The position numbers and the translations under genes were made by a program. 38,049 nt of DNA, from positions 1 to 38,049 of the forward strand of contig DAOSBJ010000001.1 of assembly GCA_035360795.1 (NCBI GenBank), read 5' to 3'. The notes under the pieces were generated by a model that did not search any database, was not told the DNA's origin, and worked only from the letters and a program-made list of their open reading frames with translations. Below are positions 1 through 8,792 of this stretch, piece by piece (positions within the stretch are counted from its first letter, which is position 1; each line of letters opens with the position of its first letter). The stretch comes from Minisyncoccota bacterium. Its GTDB lineage: Bacteria > Patescibacteriota > Minisyncoccia > UBA6257.

Positions 1-96
1 AACTAATTTGAAAAATCTAACAATTTTTAATATAATTAAATAATGGTCGAAGATAGGTTCGTCCACCCCACACAATAAAATTAAATTAATAAAATT

Positions 97-495
97 ATGA
101 AAGGGTTTTTTGCTAATATAGAGAAAGAAACCTTGGAAAATGAAAATTTTCGCAAAGTTTTATACACCAGCAAACACTCACAATTAGTTTTAATGAGTTT
201 AAAGCCAAAAGAGGAAATTGGAATGGAGGTTCATCCAGAAAATGACCAATTTTTTCGTTTTGAGAAAGGTCTTGGAAAAGTGATTATTGACGGAAACGAA
301 TACCAAGTTTCCGATGGCTCAGCAATTGTGGTGCCTGCTGGCGCCCAACATAACGTCATTAATCTTTCCGAAACCGATAGTTTGAAACTATATACTATTT
401 ATTCTCCGGCTCATCATAAAGATGGAATTGTCCGCAAAACAAAAGAAGAGGCGATAGCTCAAGAAGCAGAATTTGATGGAATAACAACAGAATAA
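97..495 (+). CDS. Small single-domain cupin protein
   Basis: 132-aa ORF. Cupin motif 2, G-x5-P-x-G-x2-H-x3-N, is matched exactly by GSAIVVPAGAQHNVIN. A motif-1-like GMEVHPEND lies upstream. Confidence 0.7.
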   Translation: MKGFFANIEKETLENENFRKVLYTSKHSQLVLMSLKPKEEIGMEVHPENDQFFRFEKGLGKVIIDGNEYQVSDGSAIVVPAGAQHNVINLSETDSLKLYTIYSPAHHKDGIVRKTKEEAIAQEAEFDGITTE

Positions 496-502
496 ATAAT
501 TT

Positions 503-1081
503 ATGATTCTTTCTGACCGCGACATTAAGAAAGTAATTAAAGAAAAAAGATTGATTTTTAAGCCGGCTCTATCCAAAGACCAGATAGGGCCGGCTTCAAT
601 TGATTTGAAATTAGGTCCAATCTTCAAATCATTTAACATCTCAAAACAGTCAATGATAGATACGAAAAAAGGACTGCCAGACAAATCTTTTATTAACACT
701 CGGAAATTAAAAGACAATGAACCGTTTATTCTACATCCAACTGATTTTGTTTTAGCTTCAACTAAAGAATATGTTAAAGTCAGCGACGACTTGGTTTTAA
801 AAGTGGAGGGGAAAAGCACCTTGGCTAGAATGGGAATTTTGGTCCATACTGCCGGTTTTGTTGACCCGGGATTTGAAGGAACTTTAACTTTAGAAATTTC
901 CAATCAATCTAATTTGCCAGTTGCCCTGTATCCAGAGATGTATATCTGTCAAATTGCCGTAGAATTTCTGTCATCTCCTGCAGAAATACCTTATAATAAG
1001 CGGAAAAAGTCACTATATTCGAAAGCCAAAGGACCAATAGAAAGTAAAACCCAAAACCTATTTGAAAAAAATAAATTTTAG
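503..1081 (+). CDS. dcd: dCTP deaminase
   Basis: 192 aa, collinear with E. coli Dcd as I remember it: N-terminal M-x-LSDRDI, ASIDLKLG, the GKSTLARMGILVH block, and VDPGFEGTLTLEISN. Confidence 0.85.
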   Translation: MILSDRDIKKVIKEKRLIFKPALSKDQIGPASIDLKLGPIFKSFNISKQSMIDTKKGLPDKSFINTRKLKDNEPFILHPTDFVLASTKEYVKVSDDLVLKVEGKSTLARMGILVHTAGFVDPGFEGTLTLEISNQSNLPVALYPEMYICQIAVEFLSSPAEIPYNKRKKSLYSKAKGPIESKTQNLFEKNKF

Positions 1082-1125
1082 AGTACAATAAGTATAAGAA
1101 AAAATTTCAAATAATAATTAATCAT

Positions 1126-1197
1126 TCCGGGGTAGTTCAGCGGTAGAACGCCTGGCTGTTAACCAGGATGTCCGAGGTTCGAATCCTCGCCCCGGAG
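1126..1197 (+). tRNA. tRNA-Asn (anticodon GUU)
   Basis: A 72-nt cloverleaf folded by hand. Acceptor tccgggg/ccccgga is 7 bp. D stem is gttc/gaac with a GG loop. Anticodon stem is cctgg/ccagg with loop ctGTTaa. The variable loop is 5 nt. T arm is cgagg-ttcgaat-cctcg. The discriminator is G, and CCA is not encoded. Confidence 0.88.
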
Positions 1198-1245
1198 CCG
1201 TGCACCACGTAGGGTGCACGGCCATGAACCCCACGTGGTTTATGG
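1198..1245 (+). repeat. Two tandem 24-nt hairpin units directly abutting the tRNA 3' end
   Basis: Unit 1 is ccgtgcacc-acgtag-ggtgcacgg, a perfect 9-bp stem. Unit 2 is ccatgaacc-ccacgt-ggtttatgg, 9 bp with one G.U. Two stem positions covary between the units (g-c to a-t, and c-g to a-t). Both loops contain CACGT. Confidence 0.6.
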
Positions 1246-1283
1246 CCTACCCCTATGTGATAATTAATTAGCCCCACTGTTTA

Positions 1284-1535
1284 ATGTTTTACGTTTATAT
1301 TCTTCAGAGTTTAAAAGATAGAAAACTTTACATCGGTTATAGTACAGATTTAAGAAAGAGATTGAAAGATCATAATTCTGGCGGTACCAAAAGTACAAAA
1401 ATACGAAGGCCATTTAAATTAATCTATTACGAAGCTCATCTTTCTGAAAAAGAGGCAAGAAGAAGAGAAAAATATTTTAAGACAGCCAAGGGTAAAAGCA
1501 CTTTACGGCAGATGTTAAGAGAATCCTTATCTTAA
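1284..1535 (+). CDS. GIY-YIG nuclease-superfamily small protein (UPF0213-like)
   Basis: 83 aa. It starts FYVYILQS...LYIGYSTDLRKRLKDHN, matching the GIY-x10-YIG pattern plus the conserved R and H-N, and is followed by the E-x-K-Y-FK motif typical of stand-alone GIY-YIG proteins. Confidence 0.8.
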   Translation: MFYVYILQSLKDRKLYIGYSTDLRKRLKDHNSGGTKSTKIRRPFKLIYYEAHLSEKEARRREKYFKTAKGKSTLRQMLRESLS

Positions 1536-1563
1536 AAAGCCTCATAAATAGAGGCTTTTTTGT
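1535..1563 (+). terminator. Rho-independent terminator after the GIY-YIG gene
   Basis: aaaagcctc-ataaata-gaggctttt stem-loop followed by a T-run. Confidence 0.7.
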
Positions 1564-1568
1564 TCCTC

Positions 1569-1587
1569 TTGACACGTGTGGTATAAT
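1569..1587 (+). promoter_or_regulatory. Extended -10 promoter candidate (TGgTATAAT)
   Basis: tgg-tataat at 1579-1587. The TTGACA at 1569-1574 is too close (7 nt) to act as a -35, so only the extended -10 is counted. Confidence 0.35.
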
Positions 1588-1654
1588 ATATATATAGTCG
1601 ATAAATTTATGTTTATCAAATTTAATAATAATCCCCTCGTAATTGTAGACTCAG

Positions 1655-1680
1655 ATGCCTTATTTTAAGGCATTTTTATT
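1655..1680 (+). terminator. Terminator-like hairpin in the RCC1 upstream region
   Basis: atgcctta-ttt-taaggcat (8 bp) followed by ttttatt. It lies about 85 nt downstream of the 1582 -10 box and upstream of a second TATAAT at 1690-1695. Confidence 0.4.
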
Positions 1681-1735
1681 ATAAGGTATTATAATAAAAA
1701 TTTAAAAACTGATTATTAATAATATCAAAATAACC

Positions 1736-3166
1736 ATGAAATATAAAAATTTAATAATTCCAGTTGCTATTGCTATCAGTCCTATTTTAATTTTTATGGC
1801 TATTGTAGCCGGTTATAATTATTTTAGTAGTAAACAGCCCCAATTTGTGGAAGAGAGAACTGACAGCCATGGCTGTTTAATTTCTAGCGGCTATTCTTGG
1901 TGTGAAGCTAAGCAGAAATGCATAAAAATGCCAGAAGAATATTGCAATGGCTTATCTTCAACTACAACAGTGAAGGCAGATAAAGCTTATATTTCAGAAA
2001 CAACTATTAGGGTAAATGAGAGTAGTAAAACTACTATTACCACAACGACAATACCGACACCTGCTACGACTGTTGCAATTCAGACTCCAATTCAAAGCTA
2101 CCCCAAGCTTTCTTTTACTCCTCAAATTTCGTCTTCAGCTAACCATACCTGTGTTGCCTTATCTCCAAATAACATTAAATGCTGGGGCGATAATGAGGTT
2201 GGGCAGCTTGGGAATGGAAAAGCAAGCGACAGTCCTGTTCATATTGCCGTTTCAGTGATTGGTATAAACGATGTAGTGAAAATTACTGCAGGAGGACTCT
2301 CGACCTGTGCTTTATTAAAAGACAGTTCAATAAAATGCTGGGGATTTGTATACCCGGAAAGCAGCTCTACTTATCATTATTATACCTCTCCCACATCTTT
2401 ATTTGACTTAAATAAAGTATTAGATATTTCAGTAGGATTGGGGCATATATGCGTATTAATAAATGATAACACAGTACAATGCTGGGGTTATAACGAAGAA
2501 GGAGAATTAGGAGACGGTACTAATGATTATAAAAAGGAACCAACCCCGGTAAAAAATCTCTCTGGAGTTATAAGTTTATCGCTAGGCTACTCTCATAGTT
2601 GCGCTTTATTAGAGGATAAGACAGTAAAATGCTGGGGCGATAATGAGGTTGGACAGCTTGGCAATGGCACCACTACTTCAAGCAATATTCCGGTGGCAGT
2701 AAAAGATTTGTCGGATGTTAAAGAGATAAGCGCTGGCGGTTGGCATACCTGCGCTTTATTAAATAATGGGGTAGTAAAATGCTGGGGCCGTAATTATGCA
2801 GGAGAAGTAGGTGACGGCACTACCAATGAGAAATTGACACCAGTTTTAGTGAAGGGTTTAGAAAATGACAAGGTTAAAAAAGTAGTCACTGGAGGGTTTA
2901 GAAGTTGTGCCCTTTTAGCTGATTCGACAGTAAAATGCTGGGGTGAAGGATATAGTGCTGATGGCAGAACAGTAGATTTTGCGTATCAAGCTAAAACGGT
3001 ACTGGGTTTAAATAATGTACAGGATGTAGCGGTTGGAAAACAGCATACATGCGTTCTTTTAACTGATAATAGCGCTAAGTGCTGGGGTCTTAATACCTAT
3101 GGCCAAATAGGTGAAGGGACTTTTGCTTACTATGTTATTGAACCTACCACAGTAGTCGGTTTATAA
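1736..3166 (+). CDS. Membrane-anchored RCC1-repeat (7-blade beta-propeller) protein
   Basis: 476 aa. It has an N-terminal TM helix (LIIPVAIAISPILIFMAIVAGY), a Cys-rich segment and a Thr-rich linker. Seven repeats of the RCC1 signature follow: h-KCWG-x-N-x-x-GQLG-x-G ... HTCAL. Confidence 0.85.
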   Translation: MKYKNLIIPVAIAISPILIFMAIVAGYNYFSSKQPQFVEERTDSHGCLISSGYSWCEAKQKCIKMPEEYCNGLSSTTTVKADKAYISETTIRVNESSKTTITTTTIPTPATTVAIQTPIQSYPKLSFTPQISSSANHTCVALSPNNIKCWGDNEVGQLGNGKASDSPVHIAVSVIGINDVVKITAGGLSTCALLKDSSIKCWGFVYPESSSTYHYYTSPTSLFDLNKVLDISVGLGHICVLINDNTVQCWGYNEEGELGDGTNDYKKEPTPVKNLSGVISLSLGYSHSCALLEDKTVKCWGDNEVGQLGNGTTTSSNIPVAVKDLSDVKEISAGGWHTCALLNNGVVKCWGRNYAGEVGDGTTNEKLTPVLVKGLENDKVKKVVTGGFRSCALLADSTVKCWGEGYSADGRTVDFAYQAKTVLGLNNVQDVAVGKQHTCVLLTDNSAKCWGLNTYGQIGEGTFAYYVIEPTTVVGL

Positions 3167-3220
3167 CAAACATTGTATGAATTCAAAAATAAAAGGTCGA
3201 TTAATCTATATCAATTTTAT

Positions 3221-3928
3221 ATGACTAAAAAAACTTTAATTATAATATTAATTGTGGCTGTAGTTATAATTAGCATAGGTCTATATTTTCAAAATCAAAG
3301 GAATAGTAATATAGTGTCACCGGAGCAAGGCAAAGAAATAAAAACAGAAGGAGTTAATCAATATAGGAATTTATTATTGGGGATTGAATTTGATTATCCT
3401 AAAAATTTTATTCCTTACCTTAGAGATAATGAATATTTAGGCGATCAACCGTCGCGTTTTGTGGCTGGCAAAGATTCATATGCTTTATTAGACGAAAATT
3501 CTTATTTCGTAATAACTCTTAATGGCGTTAGGGGTTATTATGATTGTCCTTCTTTAGAAAATTCAGAAATGTCTTACTCTGGTTCATATGAAGATATCCA
3601 ACAATTCATTCAAGAAGGCAAGCCAATTAAATTAGAGAATTGCAAAGAAATTATTCAAACTATAGACCAAATTGCTAAAAACTCTGCTTATCACAAATTA
3701 CTGCCTTTTGGGGAAAATTCAACTATACACAAATTAGAAATTGAAACACAAGAAGCAAGACTTATAATTCCATCTGACGCAGGTATTAATGAAACAGAAT
3801 TAATCGTAAGGCTAAAAAATCCTGTTTTGTTTAATAATAATTATTGGACTTTTCTTATTATCCACGTGAGCCAAGATATAGACGGAGAAGTAATAAAAAT
3901 GATTTCAAAATCATTGCATTTTATTTAG
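3221..3928 (+). CDS. Hypothetical membrane-anchored protein
   Basis: The ORF-track ORF starts at a TTG (3173). ATG 3221 (MTKKTLIIILIVAVVIISIGLYF) gives an N-terminal TM anchor. I recognised no family. Confidence 0.5.
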   Translation: MTKKTLIIILIVAVVIISIGLYFQNQRNSNIVSPEQGKEIKTEGVNQYRNLLLGIEFDYPKNFIPYLRDNEYLGDQPSRFVAGKDSYALLDENSYFVITLNGVRGYYDCPSLENSEMSYSGSYEDIQQFIQEGKPIKLENCKEIIQTIDQIAKNSAYHKLLPFGENSTIHKLEIETQEARLIIPSDAGINETELIVRLKNPVLFNNNYWTFLIIHVSQDIDGEVIKMISKSLHFI

Positions 3929-4047
3929 ATTTTGTTTAGTTTGCGCGCCGATTTAATTCCTGATAGAAAACTATAAAAGTTGTATTATTTTTTATGGTGA
4001 AAAATAATATTCTATATTAATATGAAATTTGAAAACCTCACAAAACC

Positions 4048-4305
4048 TCATATTTTGGAAGCGTATGGACGTAAATCTGGGATATAAATATATTCATTTT
4101 GCCTCTCAATTATCATTCTAACATTGTTTACAATTCGGAGCACTGTAGAACACTTTGAGGTTTGAAGCACCGTATCAAACGGTGTTTTAATTTTAAGTAT
4201 TAGCTTTTCGCCCTTTAACCGCAGGTTCTGAAGTAAAAAATTCAAAAGTTGCCTTTTTTCTTTTACTTCAGAACTTTGGAAGATTTCATAAGTTTTTTTA
4301 GCCAA
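4048..4305 (-). pseudogene. C-terminal remnant of a large serine recombinase
   Basis: The 85-aa ORF contains EKRQLLNFLLQNLRLKGEKL...KTPFDTV. This resembles the extreme C-terminal tail of large serine recombinases as I recall it (...KRKLLNFLLSN..L.dg.L....KKPFDL...). There is no resolvase catalytic domain or zinc-ribbon upstream. Confidence 0.45.
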
Positions 4306-4520
4306 TGAGAAAAATTCAAAAAGCGATTTAAAAAGTTTCCACAGATTAATTCTTGACTTTATTTTTTAAATTTTGGGGCATATACTTAATAAGTAATAAA
4401 AATTAATAAATAATTAAAGATAAAAAAAATTATTTAGGTTTGATTAATTAAAGGACGTTGCTAGTAGTAAAGTAAATTTTACTACAAAGCAAAGAAATTA
4501 ATTAAAATAATTAATAAAAA

Positions 4521-4883
4521 ATGAAGAAAAATAAAACTAGAGAAATCACAATCAATGATATTCAGAAATGGGAAAGATCGTTTACTAAAAGAAAGGGGAT
4601 TGCCCAAGATGAAGATACTGCTATTAAGATTGCTGTTTTTAAATTAACAGAAGAAGTTGGAGAAGTCGCGAAAGCTATATTAGAAGAGCAATGGAATGAA
4701 GTTCCAGCTGAAATTTCCGATGTTATTGTTTTTGCTTGCAAAATAGCAAATATAGCAGAAAAATTTCATAAATCCGAAAAACTTAACAAGGTGTTACAAA
4801 AAAAATTAAATTATTGTGAAACTAGAAAATACAATGTAAAAATCAAAAAATTCGATAAACCCAAAAATGAAGAATTTAAATAA
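4521..4883 (+). CDS. MazG-like nucleotide pyrophosphohydrolase (all-alpha NTP-PPase)
   Basis: 120 aa. It has the E-E-x-x-E metal-binding helix (KLTEEVGEVAKAILEE) and a downstream acidic helix (EISDVIVF). Confidence 0.65.
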   Translation: MKKNKTREITINDIQKWERSFTKRKGIAQDEDTAIKIAVFKLTEEVGEVAKAILEEQWNEVPAEISDVIVFACKIANIAEKFHKSEKLNKVLQKKLNYCETRKYNVKIKKFDKPKNEEFK

Positions 4884-5062
4884 TAATTATAAAAAAATTA
4901 TTAGCCAATTAACATAAGAATATTTTAAAGCTATTAAGAGTTTTAGCGATTTTATTTTTTAATTATTCCTTTACTCGGCCGAAGATGATAACTAATCGAT
5001 TTCGGAAGTTAAACAACATGCAAATTTTGAGAAAATGAATTTAAGATAATGAATGAGTTAAG

Positions 5063-7045
5063 TTATGCGGTATCAGTGTCTATAGGAGAAAGGAATTGAC
5101 TCATATAGAGATTGTAATAAAAACCACGGGCCGCTAAAAGTTGTTTATGGTTTCCTTGTTCTACAATCCGACCTTTATTCATCACTAAAATAATATCAGC
5201 ATTATAAATAGTGGATAGGCGATGGGCTATAACTAAACTAGTGCGACCTTTTCTTAGTTTAGCCATGGCTTTTTGAATCAATATCTCCGTCCGCGTATCC
5301 ACGGAACTGGTCGCTTCATCCAATATTAATATCTTTGGGTCAGCCAAAAAAGCGCGGGCTATGGTCAAAAGTTGTTTTTGCCCCTGCGAAATATTAGAAG
5401 CATCTTCCGTTAATATGGTGTCGTATCCTTGAGGTAACGTTCTAATAAAGTGGTCTATATAGGCTGCCTTAGCAGCGGCTATTATTTCTTTCTCTGTGGC
5501 TTCTTCCTTGCCATAGGCAATATTCTCTTTTATAGTGCCATTAAATAGCCAGGTATCTTGTAACACCATCCCGAAAATCTTACGCAGGTCATCTCTTTTC
5601 ATTTTCCGAATATCCACTCCATCTATAGAAATACACCCGCTGTCTATCTCATAAAAGCGCATCAATAAATTAACCAGCGTGGTTTTACCGGCGCCAGTGG
5701 GCCCTACGAGAGCCACTGTCTGCCCGGGTTCAACTTTTAAATTCATATCCTCAATTAGAGGAATATCACTACTATAACTGAAATATACATGTTCAAACTT
5801 AATCTGCCCCTTTATTTTTTCTAAAACTATTGGATTTTCGACATCTGGTATTTCTTCTTTTTCATCCAAAAGTTCAAACACCCGTTCAGCCGAGGCGGCA
5901 GTAGATTGGAGGATATTTACAATACTGGCTACCTGAACTACGGGCTGGGTGAACTGTTTTGAATATTGAATAAAAGCCTGTACTCCACCAAGAGTAATAA
6001 GACCTTTTGTCACTCGTATTCCACCAACAATACATATTGCTACATAGTTCACATTGTTCAGAAAATTTACCGAGGGACGAATAAGACTGGAGATAAATTG
6101 TGCTTTAAAACTTGATTCATAAACTCGTTGGTTCTCTTTATCAAAAAGTTGTTTTACTTTATCTTGTTGGTTAAATGCTTCAATAATATTATGGCCGGTA
6201 AATGTCTCTTCTATCTGACCATTTAAAGTACCAGTGCTGTCCCATTGAGCAACAAAGTATTTTTGAGAACGACTAATAACTAATCTGGTAATGAGAAGAG
6301 ATAATGGAATAATCATTAGAGATATCCAACTGAGAAGCGAGCTTATAGAAAACATCATTACCAGAATTCCTACCACTAATGCAATTGCATGAACCAGTTG
6401 AGTAATACTCTGCTGGAGGGTATGAGAAATATTATCTACGTCATTGGTTACTCTGCTTAAAATATCACCGTGAGAATGGGTGTCATAGTATTTTAAAGGT
6501 AATTTAGCAAGTTTGTTATCCACTTGTCGTCGTAACCGGTAAACAGTATTTTGGGCTATCCCAGCCATTGTGTATTGCTGTAACCATTGAAAGAAAGCCC
6601 CTAAAAGGTACACTCCTAAAAGAGTAATCAGAATATACCCCAGCACTTTGAAATCTATTCCTTTACCAGGAATAACATCCATTGCCGTCATCATCTCAGC
6701 TAATTGGTTCTGCCCCTTTGCCTTTAATTCTGCTATGGCTTGCTCTTTAGTCATTCCCGCTGGTAATTGCTTGCTCATTACTCCTTCAAATAGTTTATTG
6801 GTAGCCTCACCAATTATTCTTGGTGCCAGAACAGTAAATACCACACTTAAAATGGTAAAAATCACCACTAAAATAAGGGGAATTGCCTGAGGTTTAAGAT
6901 AAATAATAAGACGTTTAAGAGTTCCCTTAAAGTCTTTGGCTTTTTCCACTGACCTCATCGCCGCTCGCGTCCCACCGCCAAATCCGCCATGTCGCCTTTG
7001 TGCTTGAACATTTGGTTTATTATTTTGATGATTATCATTACTCAT
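5063..7045 (-). CDS. ABC exporter, fused permease/ATPase subunit (type I exporter half-transporter)
   Basis: 660 aa. A six-TM domain is followed by Walker A GPTGAGKTT, Q-loop, signature ISQGQKQ, Walker B ILILDEATS and an H-loop (AHRLST). Confidence 0.9.
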   Translation of the reverse strand: MSNDNHQNNKPNVQAQRRHGGFGGGTRAAMRSVEKAKDFKGTLKRLIIYLKPQAIPLILVVIFTILSVVFTVLAPRIIGEATNKLFEGVMSKQLPAGMTKEQAIAELKAKGQNQLAEMMTAMDVIPGKGIDFKVLGYILITLLGVYLLGAFFQWLQQYTMAGIAQNTVYRLRRQVDNKLAKLPLKYYDTHSHGDILSRVTNDVDNISHTLQQSITQLVHAIALVVGILVMMFSISSLLSWISLMIIPLSLLITRLVISRSQKYFVAQWDSTGTLNGQIEETFTGHNIIEAFNQQDKVKQLFDKENQRVYESSFKAQFISSLIRPSVNFLNNVNYVAICIVGGIRVTKGLITLGGVQAFIQYSKQFTQPVVQVASIVNILQSTAASAERVFELLDEKEEIPDVENPIVLEKIKGQIKFEHVYFSYSSDIPLIEDMNLKVEPGQTVALVGPTGAGKTTLVNLLMRFYEIDSGCISIDGVDIRKMKRDDLRKIFGMVLQDTWLFNGTIKENIAYGKEEATEKEIIAAAKAAYIDHFIRTLPQGYDTILTEDASNISQGQKQLLTIARAFLADPKILILDEATSSVDTRTEILIQKAMAKLRKGRTSLVIAHRLSTIYNADIILVMNKGRIVEQGNHKQLLAARGFYYNLYMSQFLSPIDTDTA

Positions 7046-8792
7046 AGATTATTTTCTCATTAGAAAGTTGCGAATGCACTATGTCACGATATACTTCGCA
7101 AGTTTTCATTAATTGATTATGGTTACCAATGCCGGCGATAGTGCCATCATCATTTAGAGTAATAATCTGGTCGGCATTTAGAATAGTACCTACGCGCTGA
7201 GCCACAATAATTACGGTATTATGAACAGTTTCTTTTTTAAGTGCTTGTCTTAATTGACTATCAGTTTTGAAGTCAAGGGCAGAAAAACTATCATCAAATA
7301 AGTATATCTCCGGCTTTTTAACTATAGCCCGGGCAATTGCCAGCCGTTGTCGTTGCCCGCCTGAAAAATTAACTCCTCCTTGTTCTACAGGAGCATATAA
7401 TTTATCAGGTAGTGCCATAACAAAATTTTTAGCCTGGGCTACTTCTAAAGCATGCCAGAGTTCTTCTTCAGTCGCATCTTCTTTTCCAAATCGCAAATTA
7501 TCGGCTATTGTTCCGCTAAAAAGAAAAGCCTTTTGTGATACCAATCCTATTCTGTCTCTTAAATCTTGCAAAAGAATATTACGAATATCTATGCCATCTA
7601 TTTTTATACTCCCGCTAGTTACGTCATAAAAACGGGGGATTAAAGCTATTAAGGTGCTCTTACCACAGCCAGTACTTCCTATAATAGCAGTAGTTTTTCC
7701 TGGCATCGCCGTGAAAGAAAGATTTTTAAGAACCGGTTCTTCTGCATCAGGATATCTAAAATCCACCTTACAAAACTCTATCTTTCCCTTTACTTTGTAT
7801 TCTGCTTTGGGAAGTAAAACTATAGGTTTGGTCGGATCTTTAATAGATGGTTCAGTATTTAATACTTCTAGTAACCGTTCAGCCGAGGCTTCAGCTCGAG
7901 GCACCATAAGAAACATACTCATAGCCAAAGTAACTGCTATCATAATTTCCATAATGTAAGTTAAAAAAGCAGTCAGATTACCTATTGCCATTGCTCCACT
8001 TTCTATTCTGTGACCTCCAAACCAAATAATGGCAATGGTAGTCATATTCATAATAATAAGAAGAGAGGGTATAGCCAAAGCAATAATTCGATTTACTCTT
8101 AAGGTGGTAGCAGTAAGGTCACGATTTGCTTTATCAAAACGTTGAGCTTCATAATTATTTTTCACAAAGGCTCTTATAACCCTGACACCCATCAGTTTTT
8201 CCCGCATAATTTGGTTCACGCGATCTATTTTGCTCTGAATAGAACGAAATAGTGGTATAGCCCTTATTAAGATAAGCCATACTACCACCGCCATCAAAGG
8301 AGCAATAATAATGATAGAAGAAGACAGCACTACGTCCTGTCGCAAAGCCATTATAATCCCGCCCAAGCACATAATGGGCGCCATAACCATAAGATTTAAT
8401 CCTAGAAGAACCAGCATCTGAATTTGGTGTACATCATTGGTATTACGGGTGATAAGAGAAGGAACGCCAAATTTATCAAGGTCAGCCTGGGAAAAACTTT
8501 CTACTTTATAAAATACAGCCTGCCTCATATCTCGTCCTACACTCATTGATATTCTAGAACCCAGATAAGAAGATGAAATGGCACAAGCTACTAATATTAG
8601 AGTAACTGCCAGCATAAAAGCGCCCGCTCTTATAATATAATTGATATCTCCCTTGGCCATCCCATTGTTAATAATATTAGCGTTGAGATTGGGCAAATAA
8701 AGACTGGCCATTACTTGAGCCAATAATAAAACTTCAGCCAAAACGACCTGTTTTCTATAAGGTTTTAAAAATTTTATTATTAAATCTTTCAT
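7038..8792 (-). CDS. ABC exporter, fused permease/ATPase subunit (partner half-transporter)
   Basis: 584 aa. TM domain, then Walker A GSTGCGKST, signature FSGGQRQR, Walker B IYLFDDSFS and an H-loop position reading AQRVGT. It overlaps the downstream partner by 8 nt, consistent with a heterodimer. Confidence 0.9.
   Translation of the reverse strand: MKDLIIKFLKPYRKQVVLAEVLLLAQVMASLYLPNLNANIINNGMAKGDINYIIRAGAFMLAVTLILVACAISSSYLGSRISMSVGRDMRQAVFYKVESFSQADLDKFGVPSLITRNTNDVHQIQMLVLLGLNLMVMAPIMCLGGIIMALRQDVVLSSSIIIIAPLMAVVVWLILIRAIPLFRSIQSKIDRVNQIMREKLMGVRVIRAFVKNNYEAQRFDKANRDLTATTLRVNRIIALAIPSLLIIMNMTTIAIIWFGGHRIESGAMAIGNLTAFLTYIMEIMIAVTLAMSMFLMVPRAEASAERLLEVLNTEPSIKDPTKPIVLLPKAEYKVKGKIEFCKVDFRYPDAEEPVLKNLSFTAMPGKTTAIIGSTGCGKSTLIALIPRFYDVTSGSIKIDGIDIRNILLQDLRDRIGLVSQKAFLFSGTIADNLRFGKEDATEEELWHALEVAQAKNFVMALPDKLYAPVEQGGVNFSGGQRQRLAIARAIVKKPEIYLFDDSFSALDFKTDSQLRQALKKETVHNTVIIVAQRVGTILNADQIITLNDDGTIAGIGNHNQLMKTCEVYRDIVHSQLSNEKIIYE

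Noticed and set aside
388-903. 171-aa - strand ORF overlapping cupin and dcd
   Set aside because: It is an antisense shadow ORF across two well-supported + strand genes, with low-complexity composition.
2016-2258. Various internal or antisense track ORFs. Examples: 2016..2258, 9521..9792, 11714..11905, 13109..13342, 16197..16472, 25845..26105, 26391..26636, 27585..28064, 32114..32317, 34080..34361 and 34987..36455
   Set aside because: All are nested within or antisense to longer ORFs that carry clear family motifs or repeat structure. They are typical low-complexity shadow ORFs of an AT-rich genome.
6648-8370. ORFs inside the ABC exporter genes: + strand (6648..6890, 7267..7629, 7654..7959) and - strand, off-frame (8155..8370)
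   Set aside because: The three + strand ORFs are antisense shadows of strongly supported ABC transporter CDSs; 8155..8370 lies on the same strand as the 7038..8792 CDS but in a different reading frame. None has recognisable motifs.
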